Positions 36,040 through 45,922 of a DNA stretch of 64,000 nt are shown here, in pieces. The notes under the pieces were generated by a model. It had not been told where the DNA came from, made no database searches, and was given only the letters and a program-made list of their open reading frames with translations. Position numbers and translations under genes: made by a program. The first letter of the stretch is position 1. Each line of letters opens with the position of its first letter. Source of the DNA: Azolla caroliniana (taxonomy: Eukaryota > Plantae > Polypodiophyta); assembly GCA_043228905.1 (NCBI GenBank), contig JBHGNT010000005.1, positions 5,642,001 to 5,706,000 on the forward strand. Direction: 5' to 3'.

Positions 36040-36870
36040 AAACCTATTGAGTCCACTCTGACATTTCCGCCATTGTGCAGTCCAAGCATCATATGCCACT
36101 ATTTGATCCAATGGAGTTCACTCCTCCATTGTCGCCATTCTACACTCAGTTGCCACTATTGTTCGGTCCAAGCATCATCTGCCATTGTTCGCTCATGTTG
36201 AGTTCACTCCTCCATTGCCTCTATTCTACACTTAGTTGCCGCTACTATTTGGTCGTGGTTTGCTGCCACTCTCTGATCCAACGGAGTTCACTCCTCCTCC
36301 ACTTCCGCCATTCTACACTCAGTTACCGCCACTGTGCGTTCCAAGCATCATCTGCCATTGTTCGATCTGACGGAGTTCACTCTTCCATTGCCACCATTCT
36401 ACACTCAATTGCCTCCATTGTTCGGTCCAAGCATCATCTACCATTGTTCGCTCCTATTGAGTTCACTCTTCCATTGTTGCCATTCTACACTCAGTTGCCG
36501 CCAATATTCGGTCCAAGCATCATTTGCCATTGTTCGTTGCTATTGAGTTCACTCCTCCATTGTCGCCATTCTACACTCAATTGACACTATTGTTCGGTCG
36601 TGGATTACTGCCACTGTTCGATCCGACGGAGTTCACTCATCCTCCACTACCGCCATTCTACACTCAGTTGCCACCATTGTGCATCCCAAGCATCATCTGC
36701 CACTGTTCGATCTGACAGAGTTCCCTCCACCATTGCCACCATTCTACACTCAGTTGCCTCCATTGTTCAGTCCTAGATTGCAATGATTGTTCGATCCAAC
36801 GCAGTTCACTCCATCATTGCTGCCATTCTACACTCAATTGCTGTCATTGTTCGGTTTTGGATTGCAATAA
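36040..36870. repeat. ~86-bp minisatellite, about 10 copies
   Basis: The GAGTTCACT landmark occurs at 36114, 36200, 36284, 36373, 36459, 36545, 36629, 36718 and ~36802. Confidence 0.9.
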
Positions 36871-36894
36871 CTATTATGTCTGTTGACAATCTTG

Positions 36895-37332
36895 TGTCAT
36901 GATATGGCAAGACTCGAACCCATGACCTTAGGTTATATGGGTCGAGCTCTTGACCATTAGACCATCTATTGTAATACGTAAGATATTATTTTCATTTACA
37001 TTTTATTATAGGAAATTAGTGTATATTCCAGATTTCTCTGGAACATTCTAGAAGCTTCAGGATTACTCCTGAAAACACTATAAAAGAGGGCACTAGGCAT
37101 TATGTTGAACCAAATTGGTTCAATGCCAGTCTTAAGCCTTTTAGCCACCATTGTATATTCTCTTCATATAATACATATCTTTCTTATCATCACACACACA
37201 CACTCTCTCGATCTCTCTCTTTCTCTCTGTCTCGCTCACTTCTTCCTTCTCTCGAAGAAGTTCCACACCTCTCATAGTACTAATCCTTCGTTTAGTACTA
37301 ATTCCTTCTCTGTCTCAGTACTGTTCATGACA
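36895..37332 (+). mobile_element. Solo LTR, diverged relative of the element C LTR
   Basis: TGTCATGA...TCATGACA termini with TSD TCTTG at 36890-94 and 37333-37. Aligns with the reverse complement of the C LTR. Confidence 0.92.
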
Positions 37333-38430
37333 TCTTGTGTATTGCAGAATAATTTTGTGTATTGTTCTTGCCCATAGTTATCTTAGCTCGTTCCCAATGG
37401 TGGTTCAGTAGCTTTCACTCCGCTGCAACAAACATAAACTTACCAATGGTGGGATCGCTCCTGTGAATAACCGGTTTGCATGTGGTTTAGTAACTAGCTA
37501 CATGTCTTTTTTTGTGGAAATTTACTAATGAATATGTCAAGACAAATGGAAGGGGAAGGAGGGTGTTTACCAATACCCCTCATGGATCACCAAGATAAAG
37601 ATGACACTATCAGGACACAACAAACGATACGAAAGTATTGGGCAGAAATAAAAGGAAACATCGTCAATTGTTGAAGGATACGAAAGTCACATTCACTAAA
37701 GGTAAGGATAGCATTGGTTGCGATATAGGTCTGAATACCACTGAGAATGGAAGTAAGGAGACTACTATCATAGAGAGAAAGGTTGTAGACTATTTCGATG
37801 TTCAGACCAAGCACATCAGCCTTGAAGACAAGAAGGTCTAGTACTTTATGGAATATTAGAAGTTGATTTTGATGGTCTTAATGCAAACATAACATCTGTA
37901 CTAGTAAATAATCTCCGTAATAGTTTTGTATCCATGAGCAGGTCAGAAGATGATCTTGTCTTAAAAAGGTCTAGTCTAATGATGTTACTTAATAGTGATG
38001 TTGACAATCTTAACATCAGTGTGCTATTTAAGGTAATTGGTGTTAGTAGAAAAAGTGTGTACAATAATACAATGAACTTGATAATTTCAAGTGGTGAAGG
38101 AACTAGTCTGCTAAAGCTAACACCAAGATGTAAGCCAATGACACACATAACATCAGAAATCAATGACACATATTCTGGACTAATGAGAGTAGGTTTTCAC
38201 CCAATAAGAAGGATTTATGTAGGAAACGTGTTGGAAGGAGTCAATACGAGGGTAGCTAGGCCTCTTATTTATAGCGATACCCAAGGCCCCCCAGCCAAGT
38301 TCACACTTGGCCTAATGGGTTGTCTCAATCCCGAGGATTAAAAGTAATCCTCCCCTTCTTTACACTCTCGTTTAACCCTCACACTTATCCACGTGTATAG
38401 AATACTAAGGTAAATTCTCACCACGGGATA

Positions 38431-38877
38431 TTATATGGTCATGCCCGTAACATACTTCCCCCTCTTTAAAACATTGCACTCTTGCAATGGAAAGTTAGGG
38501 ACGTTAGTTCTAAGAGTATTTTCACGTTCCCATGTGGTATCTTTTATTGATTTATCCATCCATTTTATTTTAAATTCTCGGATTTCTTTAGTACGTAATT
38601 TGTTTGTTTTAACATCGAGAATTATTTCTGGTACATGTGGTTTAGAAGATAAATCTTCAGAAGTAACCAGAGTTTCAGTTGTAACTGTATTGTCGCCAGA
38701 ACCTAGAAGTTCTTTTAGACGACTCACATGAAAGACTGGATGAATTCCAACACCATCGGGAAGAGCGAGATGATACGCTGATGACCCAATGTGTTTGAGG
38801 ACTGTAAATGGTCCACAAAACCGTGGGGCTAACTTAGCGCACTTACCCGTACACAATGTCTTAGAATTGTGAGGTAC
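38431..38877 (-). pseudogene. Element E integrase C-terminus with GPF motif and chromodomain-like tail
   Basis: KLAPRFCGPF...IHPVFHVSRLK...PEIILD...FKIKW...TWE. Joins the reading at 50709 across the B insertion (RVFNPG*KVFLRVPHNSK). Confidence 0.88.
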
Positions 38878-40267
38878 ACGTTGTCGTGAAGAATTTCGGC
38901 CATAGGCGAAAACCGAGAAACATTGTCTACATCGGCGGGGTGCAGCGTGTGTACGCACCCATGTACATTTGGTGTGAATATCGAGGGCGCCTTTATGGCG
39001 CCGAAGAGTAGTCAAGTTGGGACAGACGATCCCATGAAAGTCGGGATTTGTCCCACATTGTAACGCATCCCTCTCCTTGTTCTATAAAAGGGAGGGAACG
39101 CCTTTTGTAAAAGGGTTGCCCATTTTGCATTAGAGGGTATACCTTCTGCTTCTTCTTCTTCCCCTTCGTGTTCGTTTAGGGTTGGCTGCAGCTTGTCTCC
39201 TGTGCAAGACCCCGCTCGGCGCGACGAGCCCGAGAGCTCCCCTACGGCGGCTTGACAGTAGACGACTGTTGTAAACTATCTTGGTCCGGCTCGAAGTCGG
39301 GAGTGTATTCTCTCTCTATATATATACATATACGTTTGCGTCTGTCTGTGTATATTGGCGTCTTGTTGGTGTCGGGTGCTCCACTCCTTCCCTGCGTTTC
39401 CTGTACATAAGGGCATGAGTCGGGTCGGGGTGTGTGTGCGTGTGTGTGCGTGAGTCGGTGTTAAGCACACACTCTCTCTCTCGCTCTCTCCCCCCCTTCG
39501 GTTGCTTCCGGTGTATTTCTGAGATGCCCCAGAAGCCGTGAAGCACGACTTCCTACGCTACGTTGTCGTGAAGAAAACCGCCCACAAGGGGAATCGGAGG
39601 AACAAGGCGTGGGAAAACGGCTCTACACGCACGCGCGCGCCAAGAAGTACCTAAGGACGAAGTAGGTACATACGAGGATCCTAGGTGGGTAGATTCGGTT
39701 GGTATGCAGTTAATGCCAAACGGCCTCTTGAAGGGATATAAAAAAGGAAGAGGAAGAATAGAACGGGGATCTCGCGCGGAGAGGAGGAAGTGCTGCCGAA
39801 CCGATTTCGAAGCTCCTCTCTCACTCCTGCTTTCTCTGTCTTCTGCTCCATCGCGTACCTGTGCAGGTTTCGAGGAGGCTTGCGCTGTTCCGTGGAACGC
39901 CCCGGGTGCGTCCTGCAGCACCTCCGACCTGTTTTCCCCTTTCCGTGCGTCGCGACATACAGGGGTCGGCATCTGTTCGCCGCCCTGTTCGTTTTCGTTA
40001 GTATCTATTTCGTGCCCCACCGTGGGTTGTAATACTTTAGTCTGTTATTTTCTTGCGTTCATAAGTACATATCTCTCGTTGTTGCGTCCATCTGTGTCGG
40101 CGTTTATTTGTGATCTCTGTTTGTTGGGCCGTGTCCCTGTGCAATCTTCGGTTCTGTGTAATCGGGTCTCTCTCTCCTTCTCCTCTCTCTCTCTCTTGCT
40201 CTTCGGTCCAAGACCCCCGTGGTCCCTCCTCCTTTCTGCACGCAAGGGCGTAGCAACCCCGACATCT

Positions 40268-40285
40268 TGGTGAACCCGACGTGAA
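40268..40285 (+). promoter_or_regulatory. Primer-binding site complementary to tRNA-Trp
   Basis: TGGTGAACCCGACGTGAA is the complement of the plant tRNA-Trp 3' end (...TTCACGTCGGGTTCACCA, recalled). An identical copy is at 58673-58690. Confidence 0.9.
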
Positions 40286-40307
40286 GGAGGCGGCAGAAGA
40301 GCAGGAA

Positions 40308-42434
40308 ATGAGGGGGTCGGATCTCGCAGAGGCCATGGCTTCGGCCGTGGATCGGATTGTAAACGCGCGCGAGAGCACCGGTGCCCTCGACAGAGCTATT
40401 GAGGCGGTCGTCGGCACGATCGGCCGGTTCGATGGGAAGGATGCCACGAAGTATTTGGCGTCCTACGGTGCAGAGATGCTGATGCGGGACATTCCGGAAG
40501 AAAGGCGTCTTGCCGGATTTCCCCGAGTAGCGATGCCGAGCATCCATGCGGAGGTGCTCGAGGTGCGGACGGAGAGCCGTACCTGGGAGGAGTTCGAAGG
40601 TCGGCTCCTAGAGAAATACGGGCTGGACGACGCGCTCCGGCTTTCGAAGCGAAGGTTCATGGAATGGGTGGAGTCCCCGGGGAAGGGAAGAAACGCGTCG
40701 GCGCTCCTCCGGGAGTTCGAGGAAAACTTTGCGCGCCTTTCGGCGCTTGACCGAACCATCCTGGACACGAGCCGGGTCTTGCTGTTTGTCAAGTCGGTCG
40801 ACGAGCGGGATCGGGAGCAAGTGGGCTTCTTGCTGGAAACCGAAGACGGGCTCACTACCGACTGGGCGGCTGTCAGGAAGGTCTGTGGCCGTTTCGACAA
40901 ACGGCGAGAATGGGCGGATAACGGGGCGACCGGGTCGGGCTCGGTCGCAGCAAGGAAGCTCGAACCAGCGCCACAGGTGCGCAAAGAAGAGACCCGGGAG
41001 TGGTTGGAAACCGGTTCGGCTTCGACCGGCGTAGTCAGAGGCTCAACCGGAGGAGCGGCGCTGGAGGAATTGACGAAGGCGATTAAGGACCTCCAAATCG
41101 CGCAGGCCCGAAGGGAAGGAGGCGAACCGGCTCGTGACCGACGGCCGGCGGCAGGGAACAGGTGCATGTGGTGCGATGAAGTCGGCCACATTCGGAAGGA
41201 CTGCGGCGACTTCGCGGAGGCGCTGAGGAACAGGGTGGTATACCTGTGGGAAGGACGGGTGCATGCCAGCGACACCCGAAGGGCCCTGAGCCGCAACGAC
41301 GGAAAAGGTGGTATGAAAAGGTTGATGGAAGAGGCGGCGGCCCGACACGCGGAAACCGTCCACTACTCGGCGTCGGCCGGCATTCGAGTCGGGGGCGGCG
41401 AGGCCCGAAGGGAAAGCGAAGCCGGATTCTGGCCGACGATGCTGGAAGGCCTTGCCGGTGCAAGGCTAAAAGGGGAGGAATCGGACCGTGCGGAGAAACG
41501 GGTACGGGAGATGACCGGGTGGAGCGACCCGGTCGAGGAAAAGACGGGCTTCGTGGAAGCCGCTTGCCGGAACTACGAGGCTCTGGTAGAAGAGAAGCGG
41601 GTGGGGAGACCCGGGACGACCGGTCCCTCACAACGATACGAGACCCGGTCCGGGCCACGACGGGACGAAGCCGGCGGGGCCGGTACGCAAGATAGACCCC
41701 AGAAGGGCGGGTACCGTCTGGGGACAGAGATAGAAAGAACCACGGACTTGCGAAAGGTCCTGGAGGAACGGATCCTCGACAGCAAGGTGGAGCTGTCGCT
41801 ACGGGAGGTGCTGGGAATCGCCAAGAAGGAGTTCCACGACTCCATCGTGGACTTGGTGAAGCGGAAGAGGCTGTCGACGGAGACAGAACCGGAAAGACCG
41901 GTGGAAGTGCGGACGACGCACCTAGACGACATGGCGCTGGGAGACGAGTGGGCGGAAAGCCACTATTCGAGACCACACTGGGCCCGAGCGACCACGGAAA
42001 CCCCGGTGAAGATCGGCGATGTCCAGGAACCGGTGATAGCTTTGGTGGACCACGGATCGGAGATCAATTTGATGTCCATGGACTTCTATAAGAAGGGCAA
42101 ATGGCCGATCAACACCAAGCACGGGTGGAAAATAAGGGCAGCAACGCGCGCCACCGAGGAACTGCACGGGGCCTGTCCGAATGTGCGGGTCAAGATTGGC
42201 GACGTCGAGATTGACCAGCACTTCTTCGTGCAGGAGACGTCTTCGCATCCGGTCATTCTGGGAGAACCGTACATTACGGCGGCGCGGATGGAGACCAAAG
42301 TGCTGGACAATGGTTCGGCCTACGCGAGGGTCAAAAGCCAAAACGGGCGCCATTCGGTCCAGTTTCTGACGGTAAGGCCGAACCACGAACGTAACCGCGA
42401 TTCCCTCGGTTCCGAAAACCGAGAGGATTTTTAG
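40308..42434 (+). CDS. gag: Gag-protease of element D
   Basis: First ATG at 40308. Contains a CMWCDEVGHIRKDC knuckle and an aspartic-protease-like ALVDHGSEINLM...VILGEP. Ends at GAT TTT TAG. Confidence 0.92.
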   Translation: MRGSDLAEAMASAVDRIVNARESTGALDRAIEAVVGTIGRFDGKDATKYLASYGAEMLMRDIPEERRLAGFPRVAMPSIHAEVLEVRTESRTWEEFEGRLLEKYGLDDALRLSKRRFMEWVESPGKGRNASALLREFEENFARLSALDRTILDTSRVLLFVKSVDERDREQVGFLLETEDGLTTDWAAVRKVCGRFDKRREWADNGATGSGSVAARKLEPAPQVRKEETREWLETGSASTGVVRGSTGGAALEELTKAIKDLQIAQARREGGEPARDRRPAAGNRCMWCDEVGHIRKDCGDFAEALRNRVVYLWEGRVHASDTRRALSRNDGKGGMKRLMEEAAARHAETVHYSASAGIRVGGGEARRESEAGFWPTMLEGLAGARLKGEESDRAEKRVREMTGWSDPVEEKTGFVEAACRNYEALVEEKRVGRPGTTGPSQRYETRSGPRRDEAGGAGTQDRPQKGGYRLGTEIERTTDLRKVLEERILDSKVELSLREVLGIAKKEFHDSIVDLVKRKRLSTETEPERPVEVRTTHLDDMALGDEWAESHYSRPHWARATTETPVKIGDVQEPVIALVDHGSEINLMSMDFYKKGKWPINTKHGWKIRAATRATEELHGACPNVRVKIGDVEIDQHFFVQETSSHPVILGEPYITAARMETKVLDNGSAYARVKSQNGRHSVQFLTVRPNHERNRDSLGSENREDF

Positions 42435-45400
42435 AGAGGGCTGCCAAGGCGTGGGGCCGCGACAGTCCGGACACCCCGGGAAAACCCCACACCTGTACGA
42501 TAAAACCGAAGAAACCTTGTACCATAGGTAGGGAATTTTTGTTCTCCGACAGCGGAGCGTGTACGATAGCCGGCATCGGCGGCCGAGAGAAGAGAAAGGC
42601 GGAGGGGAGACTTCGAGCGTGCGGAGTTCTCGGCCCTGACGAGGAAATCAACGGAGCCGTGGAGGCGGTCTCATTCGACGACACCTTGGGAATGCTGGGA
42701 AAGGTAGTCGAAGAAGGCCTCAACGGAGACCGGACGATACCGGTGTGTTCCGAGGAGATGTACGAAGTCATCGCGGACTTCGGTCGAGGGCTCGAGTCAG
42801 TTCGGACGGCCCATGTAAGCACCAAGTACAAGACTGTGGACCGGAAGGTAAGGCCAGTCGCGGCACCCTTACCGGAGGACAGCGCGTCGAGAATCAAAGG
42901 GGTTGCATCGGACCCTAGTCTACGAGATCCGGCCTGCATAGGACACACCTTCACCGACGAGACGCTCCGAGAGCTCAAAATCGGTGGGGGCGGGTTCCTA
43001 CTGCCGGTGGAGGAAGACCGGTTTCGGAGAATGCTCGGAAGGCACGGGAAAGCCTTCGCATTCTCACCGGAGGAAATCGGGTGCGTGGACCCGACGATCG
43101 TGGAGCCGATGGTGATATTCACGGTACCGCATGTACCATGGAATCTCAAGCCAATCCCGGTTCCGAGAGCTCACATCCCGAAGTTGATGGAGCTGCTGAG
43201 GCAGAAAGTTGATATGGGAATTCTCGAGCCGTCGAGCGCCCCATATTCGAATCGATGGTTTACCGTACCGAAGAAAAACGGTTCGTTGCGCTTCATCCAG
43301 GACCTGCAGCCGGTCAATCGAGTGACCATTCGGAACGCAGGGATAGGACCGACCATAGACGAGTTCGCGGAGGCCTTCGCCGGAAGGTCAATATACTCGG
43401 TCGGGGATCTATACTCAGGGTACAACCAGTTCCAGCTAGCCGTGGAGAGCAGAGACATTACGACGATGCGAACTCCCCTTGGCCTAGTTCGGATGTGTAC
43501 ACTGCCGCAAGGAGGGACCAACTCGGTGGCCCACATGGTGAATGCGATGAACAAGGTTCTGAGGGACTGTATCCCGGACATCACCATGCCGTTTCTGGAC
43601 GACATCCCGATCAAGGGATGCCCGGTGGAAGAAAGGGACGAGACGATCGGGCCGGACGGATGCCGGCGATTCGTGGCGACGCACATCGACGACTGCGAGA
43701 AGGTGCTGCAAAAGCTAGAGGATGCGAGACTCACCTTCTCCGGGGAGAAGTCGGCCTTCGGGCAGTCAGAAATCATGGTGGTCGGACACCTGTGCGGACC
43801 ATATGGCCGGAAACCGTCTCCGGCAAAGGTAGAAGCCATCTCCGCGATGAAGCCCGACTGCAGCTCGGTCACGGAAGTACGGAGATTCCTGGGGGCATGC
43901 GCGTTCTACCACATATTGATCCCGCATTACGCACACGTCGCGGAGCCACTGTACGGGTTGCTGAAAAAGGGGCGAAGGTTCGAATGGCTAGACGAGCACG
44001 CGGAATCGGTCCGGAAGCTGAAAGAGGCTCTTGCAGCGGCACCGGCACTTCGGAAGGCGGTATACGGGAAGGGTACCCCGGTATTCATAACGGTGGATAC
44101 CAGTCCGACCGGGATCGGATGGGTCGTGAACCAGGAAGACGAGGACGGCAATCGGTTTCCGATCCGATTCGGCGCGAAAGTCCTCAGTGAACGGCAGCGA
44201 GGATACGCCCAGGTTAAACGCGAACTCTGGGGTATTGTTTCGGCGGTTAAGGCCGACAAAGACTACCTGATAGGGACAGAAGTGATCATCGAGACGGATT
44301 GCCTGCCGATTCTCGGTATGGTTTCCGGATGCGCGACTCCGGACCTGGCGATGCTCAGGTGGATAGCGTACATCAAGTCCCTGGACCCGGAAATACGACA
44401 CATTTCCGGGAAAGACAACGCCATGGCCGACATGCTTTCAAGAGCGAGGTTCGACGACGAGGGCGGCATGGTTTCGGAAGACGAAGAAGTCGGCGTGGAT
44501 TTCTTCAAGGCGGCATACATGACGACCGACGGGATGAGCACTCCGGCGCTTAACGAGTTCGACGCGAGCAAGTACGACGGGGAGTGGCTGCAGATCGGCG
44601 GGTTTTTGGAGACAATGACGCCCGATGCGTCATGGACGAAGGACGAGGCCAACCGGATCCGGAAGAAAGCATATCGATTCTTTCTCCGAGATGGGCATTT
44701 GTGGAAGCACCCGAAGAAGAGGAACGGCGTCCCGCTCCGGGTGGTGGCGATGAAGGAAGAACAGGAGGAGCTACTGGCGGCCTACCACGACAGCCCTTGG
44801 GCTGGACACCGTGGAACGTGGGCGACATTTGAGAAGCTGAAGGGGAAGTACTGGTGGCCGGGATTGTACCGGGACGTGCATCGGTTCGTGTCAACTTGCG
44901 AGAGTTGTCAGATGCACTCGATAGTCCGACACCGGGACGGGCTTCGCCCTACGTACCCTCCGACTATCCACTTCAAATGGATGGTAGATCTAGTGACGAT
45001 GCCGATGGGGGTAGGACAGATGCGGTATCTGGTCCTAGCGCGGGAAGACCTGACGAACCAGGTGGAAGGCCGAGCCCTTCAGAATAAGACGACCGCGGCC
45101 GTGTGTCGGTTCCTGATCGAGGACGTGATATGCCGGTACGGGTGCGTCGGGAAGATCGTGGCTGACCGAGGGGAGTTGGACACCGAGGAAGCCGCGGAGC
45201 TGTTTGATCGGCTGGGAGTCAAACTCTCGCTCACCACTGCGTACAACCCGGAGGCGAATGGAAAGGTGGAGCGCGGACACGGGCCGATCGTTAAAGCACT
45301 GGTTCGGGCATGCGGGGGCCAAATCGGTAACTGGTCGCGACTTCTACCATATGCTTTGTGGGCCGACCGGACTACGCACAGTTCGGTAACCGGGTACATG

Positions 45401-45922
45401 CCGACAGAGCTCATGTTCGGCCAGAAGCCGATCATGCCGATGGAACGAACAATCTCCTCATGGGCAACGGTCGACTGGAGGGACGAGATGAGCCGGGAGG
45501 ACTTGTTGGCAGCGCGTATACGACAACTCGAACGGAGACCGGAGGACGTGGAGACGGCTGCAGAAAGGATCCGAGGGGCGAGGATAAAGAACAAGGCCAG
45601 GTTCGACCGAACGCACCGACTCCGACCGAAGAAGATCGAACAAGGTGACTGGGTGCTCGTCTACGACAGCAGCCTCGACAACCAGCACCGAGCAACGCGG
45701 AAGTTCGCACGGAGATGGTTCGGGCCGTACACGGTACAGAGCGCCAACGACAACGGGACGTATCATCTGGCGGAACTCGACGGTACGAGAATAGCGATAC
45801 CCGTGGCCGGGAAGAGGATCAAAGCTTTCAAGAAGCGGCACGACGACGAACCCGACCCGATTCTCCTGGACAGCAGCGACGACCGATCCGAGGCCGAGGA
45901 AGGGCCGGCAGGCGAAGGGTAA
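42431..45922 (+). CDS. pol: Pol (RT-RH-IN) of element D, -1 frame
   Basis: Open from the slippery site. Motifs DLYSGY, LPQG, FLDD, VDTSPTGIG, ETDC, H...H...CESC, MVDLV/ADRGE/GKVERGH and WFGPY. Confidence 0.94.
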   Translation, partial: LERAAKAWGRDSPDTPGKPHTCTIKPKKPCTIGREFLFSDSGACTIAGIGGREKRKAEGRLRACGVLGPDEEINGAVEAVSFDDTLGMLGKVVEEGLNGDRTIPVCSEEMYEVIADFGRGLESVRTAHVSTKYKTVDRKVRPVAAPLPEDSASRIKGVASDPSLRDPACIGHTFTDETLRELKIGGGGFLLPVEEDRFRRMLGRHGKAFAFSPEEIGCVDPTIVEPMVIFTVPHVPWNLKPIPVPRAHIPKLMELLRQKVDMGILEPSSAPYSNRWFTVPKKNGSLRFIQDLQPVNRVTIRNAGIGPTIDEFAEAFAGRSIYSVGDLYSGYNQFQLAVESRDITTMRTPLGLVRMCTLPQGGTNSVAHMVNAMNKVLRDCIPDITMPFLDDIPIKGCPVEERDETIGPDGCRRFVATHIDDCEKVLQKLEDARLTFSGEKSAFGQSEIMVVGHLCGPYGRKPSPAKVEAISAMKPDCSSVTEVRRFLGACAFYHILIPHYAHVAEPLYGLLKKGRRFEWLDEHAESVRKLKEALAAAPALRKAVYGKGTPVFITVDTSPTGIGWVVNQEDEDGNRFPIRFGAKVLSERQRGYAQVKRELWGIVSAVKADKDYLIGTEVIIETDCLPILGMVSGCATPDLAMLRWIAYIKSLDPEIRHISGKDNAMADMLSRARFDDEGGMVSEDEEVGVDFFKAAYMTTDGMSTPALNEFDASKYDGEWLQIGGFLETMTPDASWTKDEANRIRKKAYRFFLRDGHLWKHPKKRNGVPLRVVAMKEEQEELLAAYHDSPWAGHRGTWATFEKLKGKYWWPGLYRDVHRFVSTCESCQMHSIVRHRDGLRPTYPPTIHFKWMVDLVTMPMGVGQMRYLVLAREDLTNQVEGRALQNKTTAAVCRFLIEDVICRYGCVGKIVADRGELDTEEAAELFDRLGVKLSLTTAYNPEANGKVERGHGPIVKALVRACGGQIGNWSRLLPYALWADRTTHSSVTGYMPTELMFGQKPIMPMERTISSWATVDWRDEMSREDLLAARIRQLERRPEDVETAAERIRGARIKNKARFDRTHRLRPKKIEQGDWVLVYDSSLDNQHRATRKFARRWFGPYTVQSANDNGTYHLAELDGTRIAIPVAGKRIKAFKKRHDDEPDPILLDSSDDRSEAEEGPAGEG

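Noticed and set aside
37638-38341. ORFs of 67-135 aa left of element E
   Set aside because: No recognisable motif, and the longest runs into LTR sequence.
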